From contig CALBKW010000070.1 of assembly GCA_937895785.1 (NCBI GenBank), positions 1-52,491 on the forward strand: a stretch of 52,491 nucleotides of DNA. The letters are read 5' to 3'. Below are positions 7,661-16,451 of this stretch, piece after piece. Below the pieces are notes generated by a model, which had not been told where the DNA came from, ran no database searches, and saw only the letters and a list, made by a program, of their open reading frames with translations. This DNA comes from an uncultured Candidatus Melainabacteria bacterium. Its GTDB lineage: Bacteria; Cyanobacteriota; Vampirovibrionia; Gastranaerophilales; Gastranaerophilaceae. The position numbers and the translations under genes are program-made. The stretch's first letter is position 1. Each line of letters opens with the position of its first letter.

Positions 7661-8806
7661 TTATACGTTTGAATTTATTGCTAATGCTGTAATATAGCCT
7701 GTTGACCAACAGTTTTGTAAATTGTATCCACCACAAAAACCATCAACATCAAGAACTTCTCCGCAAACGTATAAATCCTCTATTTTTTTTGATTGGAGCG
7801 TTTTAGAGTCTACCTCTTTTAGTGAAACTCCACCAGATGTGACTGTTTCACCATTTTTTCGTGTGTTTTTTACTAAAATTTTATAATTTCTGATAGTATT
7901 ATTAATTAATCCTTTAGTATTAGATTTTATCTCGTAACCTTTTAGAGCTAAATCAATATCTTTTAAGATTACATTTATAAATGCTTTTGGCATAAATTCT
8001 GAAATGATATTTTTTAGTTCCTTATGAGGGTTTTTATCAAACTCATTTTGCCAATCGACTTCTTTATTTAAAAAATCAATTGTTATTTCGTAAGGTAGCT
8101 CTTTTCTTGCATTAATTGACGACAACTCAAATATTGCAGGTCCTGTAATTCCATTATTTGTAAATAATATGTCACCTTCAATTTGAGTTTTTTCGCTTTT
8201 TACAAGTACATTTTGTAAGCTAATACCTTGTAATTCTTTAAAAGATGGTTTTGTAACTAACCCTACTAGTGCTGGTTTTGGTTCTATAATGGTATGTCCT
8301 AACGCTGAAAGCATTTTATAGCTACTTTTTCCACCTATAGCGACAACAACTATGTCAAAATAGTAGCTTGCCTTGTTACTTTTCACCTCAAAACCTGTTT
8401 CAAGTTTCTTTATTAAAAGTATTTCTTCTTCTTTAAATTTGCAATGATGTATTTTGGAAAGCATTGCATTTCTTACTTCTTGAGCACTGTTTGAAATTGG
8501 AAATATTCTACCGTTTTCTTGAGTATAGGTTTTTATGCCTATTTTTTCAAAAAAATCAAGAGTTTCTTGGGTTCCAAAGCGTGAAAAAACAGAATATAAA
8601 AATTTTTCGCCACGAGGATAATTTTTTGCCAGCTCTTTAAAATTAAACTCAGCATGTGCAAGGTTGCAACGTCCACCGCCAGTTGGTAAAAGTGTTTTAA
8701 GAGGTTTTGATTTATCAAACAGCGTAATGTCAAATGATTTATCAAGATTACATGCTGTCATGCAACCTGCTGGTCCACTTCCGATTATTGCAACTTTTTG
8801 AGTCAT
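7661..8806 (-). CDS. HI0933/YhiN (BaiN-like) family NAD(P)/FAD-dependent oxidoreductase
   Basis: N-terminal dinucleotide fold VAIIGSGPAGCM, the family motif GGGRCNL, and a C-terminal GG.NLQ..W..G motif. The ATG lies 1 nt after the folK stop. Confidence 0.85.
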   Translation of the reverse strand: MTQKVAIIGSGPAGCMTACNLDKSFDITLFDKSKPLKTLLPTGGGRCNLAHAEFNFKELAKNYPRGEKFLYSVFSRFGTQETLDFFEKIGIKTYTQENGRIFPISNSAQEVRNAMLSKIHHCKFKEEEILLIKKLETGFEVKSNKASYYFDIVVVAIGGKSSYKMLSALGHTIIEPKPALVGLVTKPSFKELQGISLQNVLVKSEKTQIEGDILFTNNGITGPAIFELSSINARKELPYEITIDFLNKEVDWQNEFDKNPHKELKNIISEFMPKAFINVILKDIDLALKGYEIKSNTKGLINNTIRNYKILVKNTRKNGETVTSGGVSLKEVDSKTLQSKKIEDLYVCGEVLDVDGFCGGYNLQNCWSTGYITALAINSNV

Positions 8807-8807
8807 G

Positions 8808-9308
8808 TTATACTCTTGTTCCGTATAAATAAACCATTTCAGGGTTTTCTAATTCTTCATGCAATTGCATAATTGTCTTTTTCAATGTTGGGTGAACAAA
8901 GTCTGGTGCTAGTTCTAACATTGGGACAATTGTGAATGCTCTTTGATGAAATAGTTTATGTGGAATAACTAAATTTTCGTCGTTTACTATTTGGTCGTCA
9001 TAAAAAATAATATCAATATCAAGAGTTCTGTCACCGTAATGACCTTCAGCTTCTCTGTTACGACCTAATTGAGCTTCAATTTTATGGCAAGTTGCAAGTA
9101 ATTCTTGAGGTGTTTTTGATGTTTTAATCTCTATCATTGCGTTTACAAACCAATTTTCTGTATCAACACCCCAAGGTTCTGATTCATAAAAAGCAGAAGT
9201 TCTAATCAAGCTCGTATCATCAAGTCCGTCTAGAATTGATGTTGCTTGTTGAATATAGCCGACTCTGTCGCCTTTATTTGAACCTAAACTTAAATATACT
9301 ATTGCCAT
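8808..9308 (-). CDS. folK: 2-amino-4-hydroxy-6-hydroxymethyldihydropteridine pyrophosphokinase (HPPK)
   Basis: MAIVYLSLGSNKGDR.., ..SAFYESEPWG.., ..GDRTLDIDIIFYDD.., ..IPHKLFHQRAF. I start at the ATG at 9308 rather than the ORF-track 9407, which would overlap the divergent gene and add a non-homologous N-terminus. Confidence 0.88.
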   Translation of the reverse strand: MAIVYLSLGSNKGDRVGYIQQATSILDGLDDTSLIRTSAFYESEPWGVDTENWFVNAMIEIKTSKTPQELLATCHKIEAQLGRNREAEGHYGDRTLDIDIIFYDDQIVNDENLVIPHKLFHQRAFTIVPMLELAPDFVHPTLKKTIMQLHEELENPEMVYLYGTRV

Positions 9309-9371
9309 ACCCTCATTCTTAAACGAAAATCTACTTTTGTCAATCGTTTTTTTATGTGATAAAATTAAGGC

Positions 9372-11441
9372 ATGAAAAAGACAGTTATTGCATATTTGCA
9401 CACACATTGGGATAGAGAATGGTATAGAGAATACGAAGTATTCAGGATTAGACTATTGAGAGTTTTTGACAATGTTTTAAACATGCTTGAAAACAATCAA
9501 ATTCCATGTTTTTATTTTGACGGACAAACTGCAGCACTTCAAGACTATCTTGAAATTCGTCCAGAAAAATTTAATTTAGTAAAACAATTAGTAAAAGAAA
9601 AACGCTTGTTTATAGGACCCTTTTACACATTGGTTGATGAATTTTTAACAGATAAAAATTCTTTTGAACATAATCTAAAAATGGGTTTAGAATACTCTCG
9701 TTCACTAGGTTGTACAGATTTCTTGGGGTACCTTGCTGATACTTTCGGACATTCAAAACAAGTTACAAAAGTTTTTAAAAAATATGGTATCGACAAATGC
9801 GTTGTTTGGCGTGGTTGTTGCGGAGATATTCCAGCGGAATTTAAGTTCTGTGGCATTGATACTGTAAACCTTGTCAGAGGTTATTTTATGGACTTTTTCT
9901 CTGCTCCATTTGATATTGATAAAAAAGCTCAATTTATAAAAGATAATTTAGATAAAATAGCAGAAAAATCTGGGAATGTTTTACTTTTACCAATTGGTGC
10001 TGACCATTTAGGGGTAGCAAAAAATATTGCACAACAAATTCAAGAAGTTAATGCTCGTTTAGAGGATTATGAAATTAAATTGAGTTCACCGTTTGAATAT
10101 TTTGAACTAGTAAAGGATAATTTCAACCAATATGAATGGAATGATGAGTTGCGTGATAATTCTAAAACATTCATCTTATCAGGCTCTTATTCTTCAAGAT
10201 TAGATATAAAATGCTTGAACACAGAATGTTGCTATAAATTACCTTTAGTTGATAAATTACAAAAACAATTTAATTTAGGGTATGATAACTTAATCAAATA
10301 CGCTTATAAATTATTACTCCAAAATCAGGCTCATGATGGAATTTGCGGGTGCTCGCTAGATGATGTTCATGCCGAAAACATTATACGTTACAAAAAAATC
10401 TTACAAATTTGTCAAACAATTATTGATGAATATAGATTTAAAAATGAACTAAAAGCTATAAATTTAGGTGACAAGACATTTTCAGGATATTTAGAATTTG
10501 AGTCATGCGAAGAATTGAATTATTGTCAAAAGATTGCATCAAGAAAAGGTTTCGATAACAATATACTTCAAAATACGCAAAAAATACCAGTAACTGAAGA
10601 TTATAGAGATATTTATACCTATTTAGCAGAGGTAAAAGACCTAAAACCTTTAGAATTAGTTTCTATTCCTGAAATGACGACAGAAACTGATTTAGATGTG
10701 ACTGAAAATTCAATTTTAAACTCTAAAATTTCATTAAAGGTAATCGGAAATAATATTTTAATTAACAACGATATTCAATTGGAATTTGTTGATTATATAG
10801 ATAATGGTGATAGTTATAACGACGGTCCTGTTGCTGATGATGAAGGTGTTACGGCTGACATTATTTCGACAAAAAAAATTATGGATGGGAATTTGCGTTC
10901 TGCTTTAAAAATTGAAACTTCTTTCTTTGATGTAGTTGTTTCTTTAGATAAATATTCAGAACTTTTGAATTTCAACATTGATTGGAATAACGATGAAATT
11001 AATCATTTAATTCAAGCAAAATTTATCTTAAACAATAAAATTACAAAAACATTCTCAGAAGATTTCAATGAATTAATTGAAAGAAATTTTGACCCTGATT
11101 ATGATATTCGTCAAAACTTGCCAAAAACACGAGGTATTGAAGCTAAATCAAACACAGCTCCTATGCAAAGATTTGTCTGGGCAAATAATTTTGGAATATT
11201 CACAAAAGGAATAACTCAGTACGAAGTATTCAAAGACATGCTTTCAATTCCATTATTGCGCTCGACAGGAGTGATTTCTAATCCAAAGAACTCTTCACGC
11301 TCAACACCAGCAGGTCCACCTCTAGAAACTCCAGCTTTACAACAGCTAGGTAGAAACAAAGCTGAATTTGCAGTTTTTTGTGGTGATGTTAACGGGTATG
11401 ACAGGAACTTAGAACAAGTTTATACACAAGTAATTGCATAA
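9372..11441 (+). CDS. Glycoside hydrolase family 38 protein (alpha-mannosidase / mannosylglycerate hydrolase-like)
   Basis: The N-terminal motif AYLHTHWDREW, ..LADTFGHS.. and ..QNQAHDGICGCS.. are typical of bacterial GH38. Confidence 0.8.
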   Translation: MKKTVIAYLHTHWDREWYREYEVFRIRLLRVFDNVLNMLENNQIPCFYFDGQTAALQDYLEIRPEKFNLVKQLVKEKRLFIGPFYTLVDEFLTDKNSFEHNLKMGLEYSRSLGCTDFLGYLADTFGHSKQVTKVFKKYGIDKCVVWRGCCGDIPAEFKFCGIDTVNLVRGYFMDFFSAPFDIDKKAQFIKDNLDKIAEKSGNVLLLPIGADHLGVAKNIAQQIQEVNARLEDYEIKLSSPFEYFELVKDNFNQYEWNDELRDNSKTFILSGSYSSRLDIKCLNTECCYKLPLVDKLQKQFNLGYDNLIKYAYKLLLQNQAHDGICGCSLDDVHAENIIRYKKILQICQTIIDEYRFKNELKAINLGDKTFSGYLEFESCEELNYCQKIASRKGFDNNILQNTQKIPVTEDYRDIYTYLAEVKDLKPLELVSIPEMTTETDLDVTENSILNSKISLKVIGNNILINNDIQLEFVDYIDNGDSYNDGPVADDEGVTADIISTKKIMDGNLRSALKIETSFFDVVVSLDKYSELLNFNIDWNNDEINHLIQAKFILNNKITKTFSEDFNELIERNFDPDYDIRQNLPKTRGIEAKSNTAPMQRFVWANNFGIFTKGITQYEVFKDMLSIPLLRSTGVISNPKNSSRSTPAGPPLETPALQQLGRNKAEFAVFCGDVNGYDRNLEQVYTQVIA

Positions 11442-11448
11442 TTTAATA

Positions 11449-11492
11449 AAAAAATAGGCGCGGTTCGTGAAACGAACCGCGCCTATTTTTTT
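11449..11492. terminator. Bidirectional rho-independent terminator
   Basis: 15-bp GC-rich stem AATAGGCGCGGTTCG / CGAACCGCGCCTATT, flanked by an A-run and a T-run. Confidence 0.92.
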
Positions 11493-11493
11493 G

Positions 11494-11952
11494 TTAATCT
11501 TTTATTCTAAACATTTTCTTAAAGAAGTTTTTAACTTTTTGTACAAAAGTTGGCTTTTCTTGTACAACAGGAACACTTTGTTCTGATTCATCTTGAGTTT
11601 TTGGTGTAATAACTTGAACAGTTTTTACAGTATAAGATTGCATGTCTTTGCCAACAGGTTGAACAGTAGTTGTTTGTACTTCTTCAGCTATATACATTGG
11701 GCGTCTTAAATCTTCCCATTTTTTCTTCAATTTCTCTTGAGGTGTCATCTCAACAGGTTTTCCTAAACCAGCGAATTTATCAGGTTTGTAATCTTTCGGT
11801 GGAATGATACCTTGTCTTGTGAATGAGTCTTGAACTTCATCAAAACTTAATTCTCTTCTTTGACAAACACAGTTTTCACAATTGCAACCTTTAGATTGCA
11901 TTGCTGATGGGGCTTGCGCATATTGAGTTGTTGTAGGATTTATACCTAACAT
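11494..11952 (-). CDS. Hypothetical protein
   Basis: 152-aa ORF with a strong SD AAGGAAGGA. Cys cluster CNCENCVC near the N-terminus. No family recognised. Confidence 0.6.
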   Translation of the reverse strand: MLGINPTTTQYAQAPSAMQSKGCNCENCVCQRRELSFDEVQDSFTRQGIIPPKDYKPDKFAGLGKPVEMTPQEKLKKKWEDLRRPMYIAEEVQTTTVQPVGKDMQSYTVKTVQVITPKTQDESEQSVPVVQEKPTFVQKVKNFFKKMFRIKD

Positions 11953-12038
11953 AATAAAATCCTTCCTTTGTAATTACATATAATGTAACACTCGTGAAGG
12001 ATTTTTTTGCTATTTTATTTCAGAATTTTTACGATTGT

Positions 12039-14537
12039 TTACATTCCACTAAGCATTGCTTTATCCATTTTGTTTTTGTAAAATTCGGTATTGATGTTTA
12101 ATCTTCTGCCGATTTCAAGCAACATATCAACAAATTCTCTATCTGTTTCATTTTTAATATCTGTAATGTTGTCGATATATTCGCCTACTTCGTGGAAAAT
12201 TTTTGCAAAGTAAATATTTTGAGCTTCTTTAATTTCAACTTTTAAATCCAGTTTTTCAATAAAATCGAAAATTTCTAAAGTTGCTTCTGCTTGGTGAATT
12301 TCAATACTATTGGCAAGTCTGTTTATATTTTGCAATAATTTATGGCTGAAAAATTCACTAGAAGGTCTTTTATCTATTTCGATTCCTATATTTTTGGCTT
12401 CAAGGTTGATATCAGCGGCTTGTTGTATAACTTGTGGATCAAGATAATTTTTTGAGTCTTTAATTAGTTGATTAAATTGTTGTGCAAGTGTATACCCAGC
12501 TGCAAGTTTAAATTCATCAGGAATACTTAAACCTAAGCTTTGCATTTGATAAATTGAATCTTTGCCTTCGTTGTACAATTCATTGTAAGTTTGTGCAAAC
12601 TTATCCATTCTGCCTTTAAGCATAATTTCTAATATTTTACGACGTTCTTCAATAAAGATATCTTTAAGTGTGAAGTATTCAGAACCAAAATATTCATCAA
12701 TTTCTCTAATGATTTCTGTTAGAGGGTTAAGCATGAATGTTCTAACAAGTTCTTTTTGTAATTTTGTATATTCGGCTTCTGAATCGAAATCTTTTATTGC
12801 ACAGTGGAAATCTCCACCTTGATATTGCATTAAGACAAACATCAAGTTAGATTTTTTCATTGTTACTTTTGAAAGAACTTCAATATGTCCAATTACAAAG
12901 TTCATGTTGCTTTTTTGAACTTTTTTGTAAGATTTTCTAGTAATTTTATAGCAATATACATCTTGCTCATCGTCAAAATCTTCATATAGAGAACTTATTG
13001 CCCATAATGATGCAATTTGTTTAAGAGTTACAACAGAAGGTTTTACAAATCTTTCATAAATATCTTTTCCGTTGCCGTATTCTTTGAAGTTACTTTGTGC
13101 GTTACTTAAAATTTCTAAGAACTTACTTTCTAAATCTTTTGTTGTAAAGTTTTTGGCAAGTTGCATTGCTCTTGCTGCATACTTCATAATTTGGGTAGTT
13201 TCAATACCTGAAATCTCAGAGAAGAACCAACCACAGCTTGTGTACATCAACATTGCTTGACGTTGAATTTCCAATAATTCCATGCCACTAACTTTTTCTT
13301 CATCCGAAAGTTCGGGTAAGAAATATTCCTCTTGAAAACGTTTGATAGCACGTTCTGTTCTATCCAAAATTACATCAATGTATTTATTTCTAACTGTCCA
13401 AGGATCTTCTTTGAAATATTTTTCACCTTCTTTTTCAAAAATGATAGATAGTTCATCACGTAAATAATCCAAGGCTTCACGTAATGGCTTTCTCCATTTT
13501 TGATTCCAACCTGGATGACCGCCTGTTGAACAACCGCAGTCTTCTTTCCAGCGTCCTACACCATGGAAACAACTCCAAGAAGAAGCTTGTTTGATATCAA
13601 CTTCCCAGTCGCTTCTGAATTTATCTAAAAATTCTCCGTAGTTGGTTAATACAAAACCTTCGTCTTCAGCTCTAATTTTTAGAACATAAGCTAAAGCCAT
13701 GTCGCCGAATTTTGTGTGGTGACCATAACTTTCACCGTCTGTAGCGATATTTACAAGTTGATTAAAATCTCTTGAATTTGAAATACCTTCTTTTAAGCGT
13801 TTAATAAATTTGTTACCGTCTTTAAGTAATTCATCAAAAGCTACGGATTTAGAGATTGCGCCATCGTAGAAGAATAAATCGATGTATTTTCCAGGTGCAG
13901 ATTTTATGTAATATCTGTAAGAACGAGCAGGGTCAATGTTGCCCCAGCTCACGTCTTGCCAATTAGAATCAGGAATGCGTTTAATTCTTTGTGCTTGATA
14001 AGGTGATAAAACTGTGAATTTGATACCATTTTCAACCAAAACTCTCAATGTATCATCATCAACTGCCGTTTCTGCAAGCCACATACCTTCAGGTTGACGA
14101 CCAAATCTGTATACGAAATCTCTGATACCCCATTTTACTTGAGTAATTTTATCATGTTCATTTGCAAGTGGCATAATCATGTGATTGTAAACTTGAGCAA
14201 TAGCGTTACCATGACCATCGTGTTCAAGTACACTTTTGATATCAGCTTTTATAATTCTGTCGTATGCGTAAGGCGCATTTTCTTCCATCCAAGATAAGAG
14301 AGTAGGACCAAAGTTAAAACTCATTCGTTCGTAGTTGTTTACGATATCTAAAATTCTATTTCTATTGTCAACGATTTTTGATGCAGAATTAGGGTTATAA
14401 CATTCATTATTAACTCTTTCATTCCAATCGTGACAAGGTAATGCGCTATCTTGTAATTCAATGGCTTCTAACCACGGATTTTCTCTAGGTGGTTGATAAA
14501 AGTGACCATGTATTGTTAAAAAATTCTTATTACTCAT
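12039..14537 (-). CDS. Glycoside hydrolase family 57 protein (large alpha-glucan-acting enzyme with a helical C-terminal extension)
   Basis: The N-terminus FLTIHGHFYQPPRENPW.. is the GH57 signature. 832 aa. SD GGAG. Confidence 0.85.
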   Translation of the reverse strand: MSNKNFLTIHGHFYQPPRENPWLEAIELQDSALPCHDWNERVNNECYNPNSASKIVDNRNRILDIVNNYERMSFNFGPTLLSWMEENAPYAYDRIIKADIKSVLEHDGHGNAIAQVYNHMIMPLANEHDKITQVKWGIRDFVYRFGRQPEGMWLAETAVDDDTLRVLVENGIKFTVLSPYQAQRIKRIPDSNWQDVSWGNIDPARSYRYYIKSAPGKYIDLFFYDGAISKSVAFDELLKDGNKFIKRLKEGISNSRDFNQLVNIATDGESYGHHTKFGDMALAYVLKIRAEDEGFVLTNYGEFLDKFRSDWEVDIKQASSWSCFHGVGRWKEDCGCSTGGHPGWNQKWRKPLREALDYLRDELSIIFEKEGEKYFKEDPWTVRNKYIDVILDRTERAIKRFQEEYFLPELSDEEKVSGMELLEIQRQAMLMYTSCGWFFSEISGIETTQIMKYAARAMQLAKNFTTKDLESKFLEILSNAQSNFKEYGNGKDIYERFVKPSVVTLKQIASLWAISSLYEDFDDEQDVYCYKITRKSYKKVQKSNMNFVIGHIEVLSKVTMKKSNLMFVLMQYQGGDFHCAIKDFDSEAEYTKLQKELVRTFMLNPLTEIIREIDEYFGSEYFTLKDIFIEERRKILEIMLKGRMDKFAQTYNELYNEGKDSIYQMQSLGLSIPDEFKLAAGYTLAQQFNQLIKDSKNYLDPQVIQQAADINLEAKNIGIEIDKRPSSEFFSHKLLQNINRLANSIEIHQAEATLEIFDFIEKLDLKVEIKEAQNIYFAKIFHEVGEYIDNITDIKNETDREFVDMLLEIGRRLNINTEFYKNKMDKAMLSGM

Positions 14538-14606
14538 AATAAAATTACTCCATATTTACAGAGTAATTTTATCATATCTATATTTTTGCGTATTCCTACA
14601 AATAGC

Positions 14607-15197
14607 CTATTTAGTAGAGGTTGCCTTTTTATCTTTTGCTTTTGATTGAATTACTTTAAAATCTTCAACTTCTAACCAAACATCGCCCAATGCGTTAGAA
14701 AATACTAATCCTGAGTATTCAACTATATCACCAGTTTCTAAATCAATGTTCTTTTCTGCAACTTCACGTTTTAAAAAGTTTTTCAATTCAGATAGAGGAA
14801 TAACATTTGTAGTGTTATCTCTGCAAATTAAGAATGTAATATATTTTTGAGAACTTCTCATTGCTGGTTTGTAATCTAAACCAAGACTAGAAAATTTATC
14901 AAATTTAGCTCTTATTTTTACTCTTTTGTTAACAAATGCATTTGGGTGAGCCACTAAATCTAGTGGTTTAACTGGAGTGTAAGTGTATGATTGAGCTGGT
15001 GTTATAACAACTGGTTTTGTTGATTTTGATGGCAATGTTGTAGTTCCATTTTTCTTGATAGGAGCTACAGGTGGAACAGTTTTAGTTTTTGCTGGCTGTT
15101 TTGCGGGAGCATTGGCTGCTAATAATTGAGTTGAACCAACTCCGCCAACAAATAACATTAATACTGCCGAAATAATTAATATATTAAATTTTTTCAT
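14607..15197 (-). CDS. Secreted hypothetical protein
   Basis: Signal peptide MKKFNILIISAVLMLFVGGVGSTQLLA, a P/T/K-rich linker and a ~110-aa C-terminal domain. SD AAAGGA. Confidence 0.65.
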   Translation of the reverse strand: MKKFNILIISAVLMLFVGGVGSTQLLAANAPAKQPAKTKTVPPVAPIKKNGTTTLPSKSTKPVVITPAQSYTYTPVKPLDLVAHPNAFVNKRVKIRAKFDKFSSLGLDYKPAMRSSQKYITFLICRDNTTNVIPLSELKNFLKREVAEKNIDLETGDIVEYSGLVFSNALGDVWLEVEDFKVIQSKAKDKKATSTK

Positions 15198-15507
15198 GAA
15201 ATATCCTTTCTTTTTTCTTCATTGTATCACAATAAACTTTATTTGTTATTACCCAAATATCTTGAATTGAGCAAAAAAAAATATGTAAAGTTCAAAATTT
15301 CTGATATAGCTTGTATAAAGCATTCATTCTCAATAAAATTTGTGTTTAATATTTTAATATTTTGTTATAAATATTTATCGGGCATGGTTTTTTTTTTGAA
15401 ATGTGTGCTAGTATATTATTATATAAATTATGCTGAAGTATTGTACTAAGAGAAAAATATATTTTAGCATTAGGGGAAATACAACTATTACATAGAAAAT
15501 TGGGAAA

Positions 15508-16422
15508 ATGATTAGCGGATTTAGTAACGAAAGAGTTAATTATAGAACAAGGTATTTGCAATTTCCGTCAACTTTGACAGAAAGCGTACCGTCAATAAGT
15601 AAGCCAACAGTACATGTTATTAAAATTAGATTTAATAACATCTTTAAAAATGATAAAATTTTATTTGCTGTAATTTCAGTAGCCTTGAGTGTTTGCTCTT
15701 TGGCTGTGGGTTACGGTCTATATTCTATGTATAATAATGTTGTATCAAATGAAGAAGTGATTGAAGCTCAAAATACAGTAGCAATGGATGAATTAAATGC
15801 CATTAGCGCTGAGGATGCTGGTATTTCTGTTATGAATAAGTCAGGGTTTGCTGGTGGTTCAGCAGGTTCGGCTCAAGGTGGTAACTACCTAGCATTTAAT
15901 AATGGAGGGGGGATTGATCCTAACTCTATGTTATTAGCAAGTGGTGATTCAAAAGCTACAGGTAAAGAAGCGTTGACTTCAAAAAAAGCAGTAGTTGATG
16001 TGGATGAAAAAGTCGTTTTGAATCCATTTTTACCTGCAAGTGAAGCTGCTGTTAAAAAAGTTGTAAAAGCTAAACCAAATCCAAATTATATTTTGCCACC
16101 AACAACACTTAATTCATCACCGGATGCGAATACGTTGTTACACACATCTGTTTCAGGGATTATGTATGATGCTTATAGTCCATCTGCAATTATTAAAATT
16201 TCAGGAACAGACTATTTTGTTAAAAAAGGCGATGTAATTCAAGGATTTAAAATCGTTGGTATTAATCAAAAATCAGTTGTTATACAAAAAGGTAGCAATA
16301 TTTATGATGCTAAAATAGGTATAATATTGGCAACAATTAAACCTAATACAACAGGTACTGCTAATATCAATAAAAAATTCGGTGGTTCGCCATCAACTAG
16401 AAATGTAAGTTACAGAAGGTAA
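15508..16422 (+). CDS. Bitopic membrane protein with a PilP/GspC-HR-like C-terminal beta domain (pilus/secretin-associated)
   Basis: One TM helix (ILFAVISVALSVCSLAVGYGL), a G/S/A-rich linker and a C-terminus ..VSGIMYDAYSPSAIIKISGTDYFVKKGDVIQGFKIVGINQKSVVIQKG. It lies immediately upstream of the secretin. The start codon is uncertain (weak SD). Confidence 0.5.
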   Translation: MISGFSNERVNYRTRYLQFPSTLTESVPSISKPTVHVIKIRFNNIFKNDKILFAVISVALSVCSLAVGYGLYSMYNNVVSNEEVIEAQNTVAMDELNAISAEDAGISVMNKSGFAGGSAGSAQGGNYLAFNNGGGIDPNSMLLASGDSKATGKEALTSKKAVVDVDEKVVLNPFLPASEAAVKKVVKAKPNPNYILPPTTLNSSPDANTLLHTSVSGIMYDAYSPSAIIKISGTDYFVKKGDVIQGFKIVGINQKSVVIQKGSNIYDAKIGIILATIKPNTTGTANINKKFGGSPSTRNVSYRR

Positions 16423-16451
16423 TAAATAAAAAACATAATCGGGAGTAAGGA

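Noticed and set aside
9309-9407. Upstream extension of folK to the ORF-track start at 9407
   Set aside because: The extra 33 aa (MCVQICNNCLFHAL...) has no HPPK homology and would overlap the divergent GH38 gene start at 9372. The canonical MAIVYLSLGSN start is at 9308.
15375-15382. CCCGATAA on the - strand (7/8 match to the sigma-28 -10) upstream of the secreted protein gene 14607-15197
   Set aside because: No TAAAGTT-like -35 at N11-N12 (the sequence there is CATTTCAA plus an A-run), and it is ~180 nt from the ATG. Treated as a chance match.
15222-15561. ORFs 15222-15449 (+) and 15346-15561 (-) in the 310-nt region upstream of the pilus operon
   Set aside because: Their composition is driven by low-complexity AT-rich DNA (Y/K/F/I/L-rich). 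They have no SD and they overlap each other, so this is more likely promoter or leader DNA.
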